Part shown: piece by piece, positions 19,249 through 29,453 of the stretch | Layout of the letters: every line of letters starts with the position of its first letter | Position numbering within the stretch: the stretch's first letter is position 1 | IMG/VR virus record: IMGVR_UViG_3300028920_000001 | Coordinates: 248,001-312,000 of that record | DNA length: 64,000 nucleotides | Strand: one strand, 5' to 3' | Program-made: the position numbers and the translations under genes | Notes under the pieces: generated by a model | The model's database searches: none | What the model was told of the DNA's origin: nothing | What the model saw: only the letters and a program-made list of their open reading frames with translations

Positions 19249-20049
19249 TTGAATATGGGTAAAGAGAATTACTCCAGAATTCTTGAATTATATAAATCTG
19301 GATTATCTAAAAGAGAAATAAGAGAACAAGGATTTGGTTGGAATGAAGTAAAGAAAGCTTTGATTGGGAATACTAGGAGTCTCAAAGAAGTTGGCCGAAT
19401 TTATTCTGATAGGTATTTAGAAAAGAACACCCATGAATTGAATAAAAATCAACTTGATTTGATTTACGGGTCCTTACTCGGTGATTCAAGTTTGAGCAGG
19501 TATTCATATACTTTAATGTTTTCAAATACCCATTGTGACGCTCAATATGATTATTCTTTACATATGAAGAAAATATTACCTAGTGGGAATATTTATTCTA
19601 GGATTCAAAAGAGCGGATATAAAATCGGTGTACCAGTTCATTTCTTTTCATATCGAAATAAAGGAGCATTGATAAAAATATGGGATGTTGTGATGATTAA
19701 TAATAAGAAGACAGTGAATAAAAATTGGGTGGAGAGGATCAATAAAGAAGCTCTAGCTTATTGGTTTATGGATGATGGAACATCTTGTTATACTAAGCGT
19801 GAAACTGGCGTGTCTGTCACAATTCAATTTTCTACCTATTCTTTTTCATATTGTGAAAATTGTTTATTGAAGGAAAAACTGGAAGATTTTGGTATACGAT
19901 CTAATGTAAGGAATACTAAAAATGGTCATGTACTGGGGGTATCTAAACTGGATTCTGATAAACTGATTGAATTAATAAAGCCTACAATTGAAAAAGTTCC
20001 ATGCATGCAGTACAAACTCAAATTTACTAAACGTAAACCCCTTTTGTAA
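19249..20049 (+). mobile_element. Free-standing double-motif LAGLIDADG homing endonuclease with N-terminal HTH
   Basis: LIYGSLLGDSS and ALAYWFMDDG motifs; no intein ends. Confidence 0.85.
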
Positions 20050-21154
20050 GATTTCCTTCGCAGTACGGTATTACGTCATTCTTACGAGAAATGAGAACTT
20101 CGTCTCCTCTCGAGAGTTGAAGTTGGTTGAATATTTTAATATTATGGAGTGACACGTGAGTGATAGTTACTCCGCCAATGTGAACTGGTTCTAAGACAGC
20201 TACACCTGTGATACGTCCTGTAGGTCCAACCTGCCATTTAATATCTTTAATATTGGTGGTTCCCATTGCCGGATCAAATTTCCAAGCAATTTGTCCTCGA
20301 GGGCGCATATTGAGCTCACCGATTTCTTCTTGAGCCGGAATATTGTTGAGTCTGATTACGGTGCCGTCGATTTCGTATGGAATTTGATCTCTATTTTCAT
20401 GAATTCGGTGATGCCATTCAATCACTTTGTCTTGATCACCAACTAAATAAGGTGGGATCTCAAATTTCATTTTCTTTAAGACTTTAAATCGCTTTTCTTC
20501 TGAATCGGGTGCAGTTTCAGATATTAAGGTAAAGGCTACGAAGATTAGGTTTTTACAATCAGCTCCTTTATTTTTCTTATCCCTAACTTTGCCGGCTGCT
20601 GTATTTCGTGGATTTGCGTATTGATTCGAATAATATTGTTCAAAAGTTTTTTTGAGCATCATAATTTCACCGCGTACATGGATCCGTTCGCTAGTGATTG
20701 GGACAGACTTAGGGAGATTGGGAATTTGAATAATATTATATGTAACGTCTTCTCCTATTTTTCCATCTCCTCTAGTAACACCGCGAACTAAATTTCCTTT
20801 ATCATAAATTACTTCTAAGCTTGAACCATCTAATTTATAGGTAATTAACAATTCTTCAGGCTTAGTTTCACCATTTACTTCATTTTCAAGATCTACCACC
20901 CATTCAACGAAATCTTCTACTTCGTTGACCTTATTGAGGGATCCCATCGGGATTTCGTGTTGGATCTTCTCCCAAATTGAATGGGCTGAGGGAGTTGCCC
21001 CGATAGTAGTGACTTCAAAATCCTGTGGGGCTAATTGTCTGAGTTTATCAATTTTAGCATCATATTCTTGATCGGATAAAGTTGGAGTGAGATTATAATA
21101 GGCTTCTCGAGCTTCTTTCAGTTCTTTCTGGAGTTTTTTAATTTCTGAATCCAT
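20027..21154 (-). CDS. ligA: NAD-dependent DNA ligase, N-terminal part (Ia, adenylation, OB domains)
   Basis: YYN..P..SDQEYD, KLDG, TRGDG..GEDVT, VRGE, NPRNTAAG, EIDG, AWKF, NDVIP; start moved to ATG 21154 (GTATCTT-N5-ATG). Confidence 0.92.
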   Translation of the reverse strand: MDSEIKKLQKELKEAREAYYNLTPTLSDQEYDAKIDKLRQLAPQDFEVTTIGATPSAHSIWEKIQHEIPMGSLNKVNEVEDFVEWVVDLENEVNGETKPEELLITYKLDGSSLEVIYDKGNLVRGVTRGDGKIGEDVTYNIIQIPNLPKSVPITSERIHVRGEIMMLKKTFEQYYSNQYANPRNTAAGKVRDKKNKGADCKNLIFVAFTLISETAPDSEEKRFKVLKKMKFEIPPYLVGDQDKVIEWHHRIHENRDQIPYEIDGTVIRLNNIPAQEEIGELNMRPRGQIAWKFDPAMGTTNIKDIKWQVGPTGRITGVAVLEPVHIGGVTITHVSLHNIKIFNQLQLSRGDEVLISRKNDVIPYCEGNLTKGVYV

Positions 21155-21187
21155 ATCTAAAGATACATTGGTCAATAGGCCTTTGGT

Positions 21188-21814
21188 ATGGATGTGGATC
21201 TGAATATGACTCACTACAATATTGCCAAAGTTGCCTCTGAAATTGCCAATGACCCTAAACTAGAGGTGGTTTCTAAGCCAACTCATCTAGCAAAGGTGGC
21301 TACAGAGGTTCAGCAGAATCTTAAAATAGCTGCATCTAAGGACCAAGATGCTGAATGGCATCGGGTAAATTCCTATATTGCTGATATTTTAAAGGATGCT
21401 CATGTTCTTTATGCCAAGTTAGCTCGTCTTCAGAGTGATTTTTCGGATGTAGAACTGGCTAAGTTAGAAAAGATTTCTGAGCGGGTTTTAGAATTAGGTG
21501 AGCAGCTATCACAATTCTCGAAAGGATTTTATGAGGGCAAAATTGAAATGGTGAAGGAATTTTCTTATTCTGGCCCTGGTGGTTCAGCTCAATTGGAAGT
21601 ATCTAAAGAAGAACCTGAATCTGCTGAAGAACCCACTGAAGCAGATCTGGATATCGAATTAGACTTAGAAGGTGAATCTGATTTCTCCGATTATGAGGAA
21701 GAAGAGTCTGAAGGAGAGCCTAAAGAAGCCAGCTCTTCTGGTGAAGGCCGTGGTGAAGGTGGAGAAGGCGGCGTAGAAGAAGAAGACGGGAAGAAGGAAG
21801 AGGAAGAAGACTGA
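21188..21814 (+). CDS. Acidic-tailed protein with leader-like IAKVASEIA motif; possible virion internal protein
   Basis: N-terminal motif resembles the KIASRIAA family; E-rich tail. Confidence 0.6.
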   Translation: MDVDLNMTHYNIAKVASEIANDPKLEVVSKPTHLAKVATEVQQNLKIAASKDQDAEWHRVNSYIADILKDAHVLYAKLARLQSDFSDVELAKLEKISERVLELGEQLSQFSKGFYEGKIEMVKEFSYSGPGGSAQLEVSKEEPESAEEPTEADLDIELDLEGESDFSDYEEEESEGEPKEASSSGEGRGEGGEGGVEEEDGKKEEEED

Positions 21815-21833
21815 TACATTGTAAATTCAATGT

Positions 21834-22628
21834 ATGTCAGAGTTTTTTCGTATTCCTGAGTCGTGTCCTGTATGTGGCCGTCCGACGTCTTTAGAAGGCG
21901 ATTTTCTTTTTTGTAGAAATAGGTCTTGCCCAGCCAAATTAACGGGTTCTATTCAAGTTTGGGTAAAACAATTAGGATTACTTCATTGGGGGGATGCCTT
22001 AATCGAGGCTTTAACCAATCCGGATGATCCTAAAATTGAATCTGTAGCAGATTTATATAGATTGTCTGTTGAAGATATTGCTACTTGTTGTTCTGGGATG
22101 AAGGTAGCTCAAAAATGTTATGATGTTCTGCATGCAAATAAAGAAATAGCATTGGAATTATTGCTTGCCTCTCTTAATATTCCTAATTTTGGTTTAGCTA
22201 CCGCTACTGATGTAGTTCAGGCTGGATTTAATACTGTCGACAAGATAATATCTATGACTTATAGTGATTTGCTTAAAGTACCTAATGTTGGTGAAAAGAC
22301 TGCTGAGCAAGTCATTCAGGGTCTCATGTTGAGATTGGAATTAATTAAGGATCTCGAACAGGTTTTAAATATTAAAGAACCTCAGTCGGGTGGTTCTCTT
22401 CAGGGCAAGTCATTTTGTATTACTGGTGAGCTTTCGAAGCCTCGGAAAGCTGTGGAAAAAATGATATTGGATGCAGGTGGCCTGGCTAAGAGTTCGGTTA
22501 CTAAAACATTATCATACTTGGTAACAAATGACTCTGCCACTACATCAGGTAAGATGAAGAAAGCGCAAAAATATGGAGTATCGATTATCAATGAACAGGA
22601 TTTATATAATTTATTAAATGCAAATTAA
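21834..22628 (+). CDS. ligA: NAD-dependent DNA ligase, C-terminal part (Zn finger, HhH, BRCT)
   Basis: CPVCG..C.N..CPA, ADLYRL, LNIPNFG, VPNVGEKTA, BRCT GKSFCITGEL..SVTK..YLV..K.KKA.KYGV.IINE. Confidence 0.92.
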   Translation: MSEFFRIPESCPVCGRPTSLEGDFLFCRNRSCPAKLTGSIQVWVKQLGLLHWGDALIEALTNPDDPKIESVADLYRLSVEDIATCCSGMKVAQKCYDVLHANKEIALELLLASLNIPNFGLATATDVVQAGFNTVDKIISMTYSDLLKVPNVGEKTAEQVIQGLMLRLELIKDLEQVLNIKEPQSGGSLQGKSFCITGELSKPRKAVEKMILDAGGLAKSSVTKTLSYLVTNDSATTSGKMKKAQKYGVSIINEQDLYNLLNAN

Positions 22629-22652
22629 TTTGTTAATGTAATTTAGTATAAC

Positions 22653-24911
22653 GTGGATGAATTAGTATGCAAGATCGATGGGGTGGTATTTTCTAATCGT
22701 GGTACTGGGTTTTTCATACTTAAAGCCAAAGATGGTTCTGGTTCAAAAGTTTCCATAAAAGGAACTTTTCCTGGATTAAATTTAAATATTGGTGTTAAAG
22801 CTAAATTTTGTGGTAATTATGAGATTCATCCTACTTATGGTAAGCAATTAATTGCTCAATCTTGTGAGCTTCTTCCTGAAAAGGGAAGAAATGGAACTAT
22901 TACTTATTTAATTAATAATGTTCCTTCAATCGGGCCTATTACTGCAGCCAAGCTTTATAGTGTCTTTGGTGATGAACTTTTGAATGTTTTAGAAAATGAA
23001 TCAGATAAAATTTTAGAGCTAGATTTTCTTACTCGAGCTCAATCCAATGCTATTTTAACAGAATGGAAGAAATCTTCTGAATTACGAACAGTTGCTATTT
23101 TTCTTACTGATTTGGGTCTTAATGCAGCTCAAGTAAGGTCGGTTTATTCTAAATTTGGGATTGATACTACTCAAAGGGTTAAGGACAATCCATATATTTT
23201 ATATGAGTGTTCTAACATTGGGTTTATGACTGCTGATTCTGCTGCCCGTACTTTAGGTATTGGCGTTGATGATATCAGACGAGTTCGGGCTATGATTCTT
23301 TATATCATGTCTGAATTGTCTTTATCAGAAGGACACATATATGTTACTTCTAAGCAAATCAACGATTATGTAAAGAAAATTTTTAATCGTACTTCACTTG
23401 ATTCTTTTTCTCATGGTGAATATATTGCTGAGTCCCATTATTATGAAGCTCTAACTGATTTAATTAAACAAGGTGATGTTGTATCTAAACAGAATCGTCT
23501 ATACCTTGCTCCTCATTGGGTTTATGAAAGTATGTCTGCTGAGTATCTTAGTGGTATGATAACCAAAACTCCTCGAGTATTTGGAAATTTTCAGAAATTT
23601 TTATCAGATTTCGAAAAGAATCGAAATTTGACTTTATCGGATGAGCAAAAAGAAGCTTTCTTTGCTTTAGAACACTCCCAGGTTTGTGTTGTTTCTGGTT
23701 TTCCTGGTACCGGAAAGACTCTTCTTACTTCTGCTTTTGTTCACTTATTTGAGGAAGCGCGATTACATTATGTATTAATGTCACCTACCGGTATCGCTGC
23801 TAAGCGGCTGTCACAGGTTACAGGTAAGCCTGCTTTTACCATTCACCGTGCTTTAGGATATGGTCGTGATGGGACTTGGGAATTTTCAGCTTCTAACCGA
23901 TTTTATTCAGATGCGATTATTGTTGATGAGATGTCGATGGTAGATAGTTCTACTTTTTACCATTTAATTTCTGCTTTAGATCCGTCTACTATTCTTGTTT
24001 TAATCGGTGATGTTGCTCAGTTGCCATCAGTTGGCGCAGGCTATGTTTTAAATAATCTTATGAATTGTGAAGACGTACCCTGTGTTTCATTAACTAAAAT
24101 CTTTAGACAAGAGAAACAATCTGACATTGTCACTGTTGCTCATTCTATTCTAGCTGGTGAGCCTGTTGATACAACTTTTAAGCCTGAATCAGAGTTTCTT
24201 TTCTTGCCATTTGAACAAGATAAAATTTTAGGTGAAGTTTGTAAAATCACCTCTAGAATGAAGGAAAAAAGCACAAATTTCCAGGTGATTGCTCCTACTT
24301 ACAATGGAGACTTGGGAGTTGATAATTTGAATAAGGAGCTTCGTACAGTCCTGAATTCAAGATTCGCAAAAAGTAAAGCTAATAAATTAAAGTTACGTTT
24401 AGGTGAAAATTCCTCGAAGGAAATATACGAGGGCGATCGTGTGATGGTAGTGAGAAATGACTATGATCGAATGATATTTAATGGGGACGTAGGAAAAGTT
24501 GAGCGGATTTCTCTTAGAGACGACGAAGTTCAGGTCAGGATTTTTGAATGGTTTAATCAAGATATTATCAATCCGACTTATGAAGATAAGATTTTCAAAT
24601 TCACAGTTGAAGAAGCGATGCATGTTTTAAGAGTGGCTTTTGCCTGCACTACTCATAAAGTTCAAGGTCAGGAATTTGATTATGTAATCATGCCTATGAC
24701 TATGAAGTACGGCATCATGCTGTATCGAAATCTAATTTATACTGCTCTTACTCGAGCCAAGAAAAAGGCATTTATATTTGGTGATCCATCAGCATTCCAA
24801 TTTGCAATTGGTAATAATAGAGAAACTATTCGAAATTCAGCATTGTCTGAATTAATCCATTCCCATATTGAATCTCAGGATGAGAGTATGAATAAATGTT
24901 CTTCAATGTAA
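22653..24911 (+). CDS. recD2: RecD2-like SF1B helicase
   Basis: HPTYGKQ, IGPITA, GFPGTGKT, SPTGIAAKRL, VDEMSM, GDVAQLPSVG, THKVQGQE, YTALTRAK. Confidence 0.93.
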   Translation: MDELVCKIDGVVFSNRGTGFFILKAKDGSGSKVSIKGTFPGLNLNIGVKAKFCGNYEIHPTYGKQLIAQSCELLPEKGRNGTITYLINNVPSIGPITAAKLYSVFGDELLNVLENESDKILELDFLTRAQSNAILTEWKKSSELRTVAIFLTDLGLNAAQVRSVYSKFGIDTTQRVKDNPYILYECSNIGFMTADSAARTLGIGVDDIRRVRAMILYIMSELSLSEGHIYVTSKQINDYVKKIFNRTSLDSFSHGEYIAESHYYEALTDLIKQGDVVSKQNRLYLAPHWVYESMSAEYLSGMITKTPRVFGNFQKFLSDFEKNRNLTLSDEQKEAFFALEHSQVCVVSGFPGTGKTLLTSAFVHLFEEARLHYVLMSPTGIAAKRLSQVTGKPAFTIHRALGYGRDGTWEFSASNRFYSDAIIVDEMSMVDSSTFYHLISALDPSTILVLIGDVAQLPSVGAGYVLNNLMNCEDVPCVSLTKIFRQEKQSDIVTVAHSILAGEPVDTTFKPESEFLFLPFEQDKILGEVCKITSRMKEKSTNFQVIAPTYNGDLGVDNLNKELRTVLNSRFAKSKANKLKLRLGENSSKEIYEGDRVMVVRNDYDRMIFNGDVGKVERISLRDDEVQVRIFEWFNQDIINPTYEDKIFKFTVEEAMHVLRVAFACTTHKVQGQEFDYVIMPMTMKYGIMLYRNLIYTALTRAKKKAFIFGDPSAFQFAIGNNRETIRNSALSELIHSHIESQDESMNKCSSM

Positions 24912-24930
24912 AAATATATAGGAGAACATA

Positions 24931-25929
24931 TTGTCTGAGTTTAGATTTGTTACTTCATCCGATGAACATCTTGCTGATCTAAGTCCTGGATTCAGGAAGG
25001 ATGGATATCGGAATGCCATATTTCGAAAATTAGAGTGGCAAGGTAAGTTCGCTAAAAAATTCGGGGCTGATGCTCTTTTACGAGGTGGGGACTTTTTCCA
25101 CGTTCGGGCGGCTAATAAGACCACTATGGCCACCTTGGCCGAAGCTGCTAGAATACATCGTCGATACCCCTGTCGCACTTATGCTTTGGCTGGTAACCAT
25201 GATATGTGTTATGGTGACCCTGATACTATAGCGAAGCAACCACTTGGAGTGATGATTGAATCTAAATCTTTCTGGCCTCTTCGAGATGAATATTTTATCC
25301 ATGGATCAATGAGGGTCAGAGTTATCGGTGTTGAATACACTCCTGATTTGGATTATGATGGATTAGCTAGTATGATCCGAAAGAAGGATGGGGATACTTA
25401 TACTATTGCTGTTGTTCACGCTTTAGCTGCTAATTCACCTGAGAAGAAAATGGAGGCATTTTTCGGTGAGAGAATATTTGATTATCGGGATTTAGTATTT
25501 CAGGGGTGTCCTGATGTCTATATCTTTGGTCATTATCACAAAGACCAAGGAATTCAAGAACATTTAGGTGTTCAGTTTGTGAATTTAGGTGCTATTTCAC
25601 GTGGTGCTTTGACTTTTGAAAATTTGAGTCGCGTTCCCAAGATATCATCGATTATATGTAGTTCTCAAGGAATTTCAATTGAGGAGCACATAGTTCCTCA
25701 TGATGACGCCTCGGAAGTTTTTGACTTAGAGCGAAAACAACAATTGGATAAAGAAAGGCGGTCTTTTGATAGTTTCTTAGAGAAATTAAAGACGAATGCT
25801 CAGTTGTCTTCTGATGGAGGTGTTAAGGAGTATTTAGCTAAATTTCAAGAATCTGATTATCCTGCCGACTTGAAACGTGTTGTGGTTGAAACCTTAGAAG
25901 CTGCTGAAGCTGGTGTCTTAGAAGAATGA
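24931..25929 (+). CDS. sbcD: SbcD/Mre11-like metallophosphoesterase nuclease
   Basis: SDEH, GGDFFH, GNHD, VVH, GHYH motifs. Confidence 0.85.
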   Translation: MSEFRFVTSSDEHLADLSPGFRKDGYRNAIFRKLEWQGKFAKKFGADALLRGGDFFHVRAANKTTMATLAEAARIHRRYPCRTYALAGNHDMCYGDPDTIAKQPLGVMIESKSFWPLRDEYFIHGSMRVRVIGVEYTPDLDYDGLASMIRKKDGDTYTIAVVHALAANSPEKKMEAFFGERIFDYRDLVFQGCPDVYIFGHYHKDQGIQEHLGVQFVNLGAISRGALTFENLSRVPKISSIICSSQGISIEEHIVPHDDASEVFDLERKQQLDKERRSFDSFLEKLKTNAQLSSDGGVKEYLAKFQESDYPADLKRVVVETLEAAEAGVLEE

Positions 25930-26774
25930 TGTCTGGATACGATCTTTATCTTAGTTACTCCGGGCGTCGGGCTTATTTAATTTGTCCGAAGAAGTATTAT
26001 AATCAATACGTAAAGAAAATTCCTCCAGAATATGACCCTCGTACTCATATGTTCGGATCTGCTATAGGGAAAGTGTTTGAATGGTTTTATAATAATAGAG
26101 TTTGGTCTCATCCTAATCCTGAACGAGAAACACTTAATTTAATAGTTCCTGCTATCAATCAAATTTTCAAGGAAGAAAAATTTAGTAAAGATACTGATAA
26201 GGGGTATACAGCTCAGCTTCTTGATGACATGAAACAATATGTTTCAGCCGGTATTGAAGTAATCAGGGATTATAAACTTGTCACTCCACGCAGTATAGCG
26301 GAGCAAGATTTAACTTTAAATTGTACTAATAGTGATTTTGGAATTACAATTCGGATTGGTGGGAAGGCTGATTTTTTACACGGGTATGATGATAAAATTT
26401 GGTTAATCGATGGTAAGGGTTCTAAATATAGAGATCAATACACTGATCCTGAACAATTAATCTGGTATGCTTTACAGCATTATTTAAAATATCATATAGC
26501 TCCATCTAGGATCGGATTTTTATTTTGGAGGTTTCCAGACGATCCTTTACAGTGGATTGAATATAATGAACAATCATTAAAGAATAGTCTGAATCTTACT
26601 TTTGAAGTAGCTCAAAACATCAGGTCTGGTTCGTTTAATACTAAGCCTTCCAAAAATTGTAATCTTTGCGATTATAAGAAGACTTGCACAGATGGCCAAG
26701 AATATTTGGAGGCAATGAATGTCGATAGTAAGGATACTGTTGATGATTCAGTATTCGATATCGAATTTGTTTAA
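25926..26774 (+). CDS. PD-(D/E)XK nuclease (RecB/AddB/Cas4-like)
   Basis: LSYS..CPKKY, GKADF..LIDGK, QLIWY, C-terminal CNLCDYKKTC. Confidence 0.85.
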   Translation: MMSGYDLYLSYSGRRAYLICPKKYYNQYVKKIPPEYDPRTHMFGSAIGKVFEWFYNNRVWSHPNPERETLNLIVPAINQIFKEEKFSKDTDKGYTAQLLDDMKQYVSAGIEVIRDYKLVTPRSIAEQDLTLNCTNSDFGITIRIGGKADFLHGYDDKIWLIDGKGSKYRDQYTDPEQLIWYALQHYLKYHIAPSRIGFLFWRFPDDPLQWIEYNEQSLKNSLNLTFEVAQNIRSGSFNTKPSKNCNLCDYKKTCTDGQEYLEAMNVDSKDTVDDSVFDIEFV

Positions 26775-27094
26775 TGGCGGAGGTTGTGATGGACCAAGAA
26801 TCTATATCTAACCAAATTGATGATTTGGTTAAGTTACATAGAGAATTAACCGAGAGAAAAGATAAACTAGTTCAAGATAAGAACAAGATCGAAGCAGAAC
26901 TTAAAGTGAATAAACGAGCGTTAGAACAAACTATGAATGAAGCTCGAGAAGAAGGATTTAATCCAAACAATTTAAAAGAAGAATTACAAAAGGAAGCTGA
27001 AGCTGTTCAAATTAAACTCAATGTTTTGAAGGGTGATATTGAAGCTGGGGAAAAGATTGTTGAGCCCATTTTGAGGGAAATCGATAATGCCTAA
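26774..27094 (+). CDS. Coiled-coil protein
   Basis: Heptad-rich 106 aa, coupled to both neighbours. Confidence 0.7.
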   Translation: MAEVVMDQESISNQIDDLVKLHRELTERKDKLVQDKNKIEAELKVNKRALEQTMNEAREEGFNPNNLKEELQKEAEAVQIKLNVLKGDIEAGEKIVEPILREIDNA

Positions 27095-28217
27095 GTTTCA
27101 CTTCAAATCTGATGTTTTGAAGATGGGATTAGCTTTGGCTAGGTTAGTAAAGCCAGAATCTGGAAGTGGTATAAAAGGAGATTATTGTTTTAAATTTTTA
27201 CCGAATTCTTTGGTTATTTTTTCTTATGATAAACGTCGGTTTGTAAGAGCTTCTATTGCATGTGAAGCAGAGATCGATGAGCAATTTGAATCTGATGAAT
27301 TTTATTTATTACCAGATCGAACGGCATTATTTGATGTTGACCTGGAGAATATAACGGCTACATTAAATGCTAAATCTCTTTCAATTAAAGTATATGGCGA
27401 TGGTAAATCACGTCAAGCTAATCTCAAGAGACGTTCTGCGCAGTCTCGTCGTCCATCAGTTCCGGGATTTCCTGATTCTGAATATATTTCTGTTAATCGG
27501 ATAAACTTAGAATCAGCTTTACACCAAGTATCATGTTCTGCTTTGGTAAAAGAAACCAAAACTGAAGAAGATATGAGGATTAATCAGGTTCATTTCTATC
27601 CGGAACATAATTGTATTGTTTCTAGTACTAGATATTATGGTTCTGTTGTTCAACTTAATGAGCCTATTGGATTGGATGTTTCTATTGTAAGTGCTGACAT
27701 TCCTGCTATTCGTGGATTCTTGAACAAGATAAAATCTGATTGTGTGCAAATTTGTCAGGATGACAGGAATTTTAGCGTAATTGATCCTAATACTGAATCT
27801 TATTTATCAGTTGGGAAAGTTGCAACCAATAAGCCTAAATTTGATGTTTTAGATAAGGATAGATTTCAAACTTGTCTTCAGTTAGATTTAAAAACTCTAT
27901 CAAAGAATCTTGAATGGGCTTCTTTAGCAATTGAGGGTACTCAAAGGTTGGGGTTTCAGGCAGAACGAGAATCGGTTAAATTATTCAATGCTAAAGAAGA
28001 ATTAGCTGAAATTCCTGTTCAGTTTGTGCGTGGAGATAAACTAATTGCTGATTTTCCGGTTAGGTATTTACATATGATGGTGAAGCATCTCAGCAAAGAT
28101 CCTATACTTTATTATGATCATGAACGGGCCCCTAATATTCTTGGAGTTTCTCAGATTGATGATGAGGATCAACAAATTGATTTCATACATTTCTTACCAA
28201 GTATGAGGATGAGATGA
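27087..28217 (+). CDS. dnaN: Probable DNA sliding clamp (DnaN-like)
   Basis: 376 aa; INQVHF..IVSSTRYY like clamp domain II; C-terminal HFLPSMR; DnaX/HolA/HolB in the window. Divergent. Confidence 0.6.
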   Translation: MPKFHFKSDVLKMGLALARLVKPESGSGIKGDYCFKFLPNSLVIFSYDKRRFVRASIACEAEIDEQFESDEFYLLPDRTALFDVDLENITATLNAKSLSIKVYGDGKSRQANLKRRSAQSRRPSVPGFPDSEYISVNRINLESALHQVSCSALVKETKTEEDMRINQVHFYPEHNCIVSSTRYYGSVVQLNEPIGLDVSIVSADIPAIRGFLNKIKSDCVQICQDDRNFSVIDPNTESYLSVGKVATNKPKFDVLDKDRFQTCLQLDLKTLSKNLEWASLAIEGTQRLGFQAERESVKLFNAKEELAEIPVQFVRGDKLIADFPVRYLHMMVKHLSKDPILYYDHERAPNILGVSQIDDEDQQIDFIHFLPSMRMR

Positions 28218-28870
28218 CTGACTTAGGAACTCTTCCTAATCAATTAGCATCTTTTAAACAGAAAATACTCAAGGTTAAAGCCTACCGTAGTTTAATTCGT
28301 ACACAAATTAAATCTGAAGAGGAAAAGGTATTAAAATTAAAATACGATGCTGATCTAAATCAAAGGAGTTCAGAAATAATTAAATCGTGGCTAGAGGAAC
28401 TATTGAAGGCTAATATTGATTCAGTGGCAGATTTAGTAACTAATGGATTTAATCACATAATTGATGATCAGAATTTGCAGTTTCGTATCAAACAGGATAT
28501 CAAATATAATCGTCTATCTATTAGTTTTGCAATTTCTGAAGATGGTATTGAAGGTGATCCACTAACTTCATTTGGTGGTGGTGCTGTCTTAGTGGCTTCA
28601 CTGATTTTGAGATTAAGCGTAATGGCTCGTATGAATATGGCTAATTTATTGTTGTTAGACGAATCGATGTCAGCATTAGCCAATAGATATGTACCAGCAG
28701 CTGCAGAATTTATGAAACAAATTTCTGAAAAAACTGGTGTGAATATTTTGATGGTAACACATAACGAAGAATTTATGTCTAATGCTCATATTGCATATGA
28801 AGGTATTTTAATCCCTGCCGGGAAAGATAGGCCAAAGGCTCTCCAACTTAAACGCAGATTCGTACAGTAG
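28214..28870 (+). CDS. SbcC/Rad50 C-terminal ATPase half
   Basis: Signature SFGGG, Walker B LLLLDES, H-loop MVTHN; no Walker A. Confidence 0.8.
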   Translation: MTDLGTLPNQLASFKQKILKVKAYRSLIRTQIKSEEEKVLKLKYDADLNQRSSEIIKSWLEELLKANIDSVADLVTNGFNHIIDDQNLQFRIKQDIKYNRLSISFAISEDGIEGDPLTSFGGGAVLVASLILRLSVMARMNMANLLLLDESMSALANRYVPAAAEFMKQISEKTGVNILMVTHNEEFMSNAHIAYEGILIPAGKDRPKALQLKRRFVQ

Positions 28871-28874
28871 ACTT

Positions 28875-29453
28875 GTGAAATCTAAAAGGCAAATTTACTT
28901 GAGGCTGAAGAAGCTTTATTTCCGCTATCTGAAGAAGTATGTTAAAAGTACTCAAAAAAGGGCTTGTGCTAATTGTAGATATTGTGAAAATCATGTTATC
29001 AGGTCATTATCTTATGATCGTAAGCCGATTGCGCAGTACGAACTTTATCCGACTCATGTGTCAACGACTTTATTAATTGAACCTGAGCCAGGACCAATTT
29101 CACTTTGTATGTATGGAGCGGAGAATCCTGCAAAGTGGAATGGTAACACGTGTAATGATGAGATAGCTAAAGGTTGTAATCTTTTCATTCCGTCCGTTTC
29201 GAGACAAGAAGCGCAAAATAATTTCGATGAATTAATGAATGACGATGATTGGGTGCTTGAACATTATAATGATATAGCTGTACTACAGTGGATATTAGAC
29301 GATCGCATTGTTAGTCATTTATCTTGGTGGGATCGTTTGTTAATTTGGATTAGGTCTAAATTAACAAAGCCTGATCCACTTGTTCCTCAGTTACCGCCAC
29401 CTGACATTCCAGAGGATTTTTGGGATGATTTTACTTCGAATTCTGGAACATGA
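28875..29453 (+). CDS. Cys-rich hypothetical protein
   Basis: CANCRYC..C..C..C. Confidence 0.6.
   Translation: MKSKRQIYLRLKKLYFRYLKKYVKSTQKRACANCRYCENHVIRSLSYDRKPIAQYELYPTHVSTTLLIEPEPGPISLCMYGAENPAKWNGNTCNDEIAKGCNLFIPSVSRQEAQNNFDELMNDDDWVLEHYNDIAVLQWILDDRIVSHLSWWDRLLIWIRSKLTKPDPLVPQLPPPDIPEDFWDDFTSNSGT

Noticed and set aside
20027-20062. Split intein at the ligase break (C-EGNLTKGVYV)
   Set aside because: No block A consensus, and the C-terminal half has no HN-C/S/T junction.
19244-21835. Active invertible segment bounded by tatattgaat / attcaatgta
   Set aside because: Only a 9/10 AT-rich match and no invertase seen; chance cannot be excluded.
25926-26774. Cas4 as evidence of a CRISPR system
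   Set aside because: No array or other cas genes; it sits in a recombination cluster.
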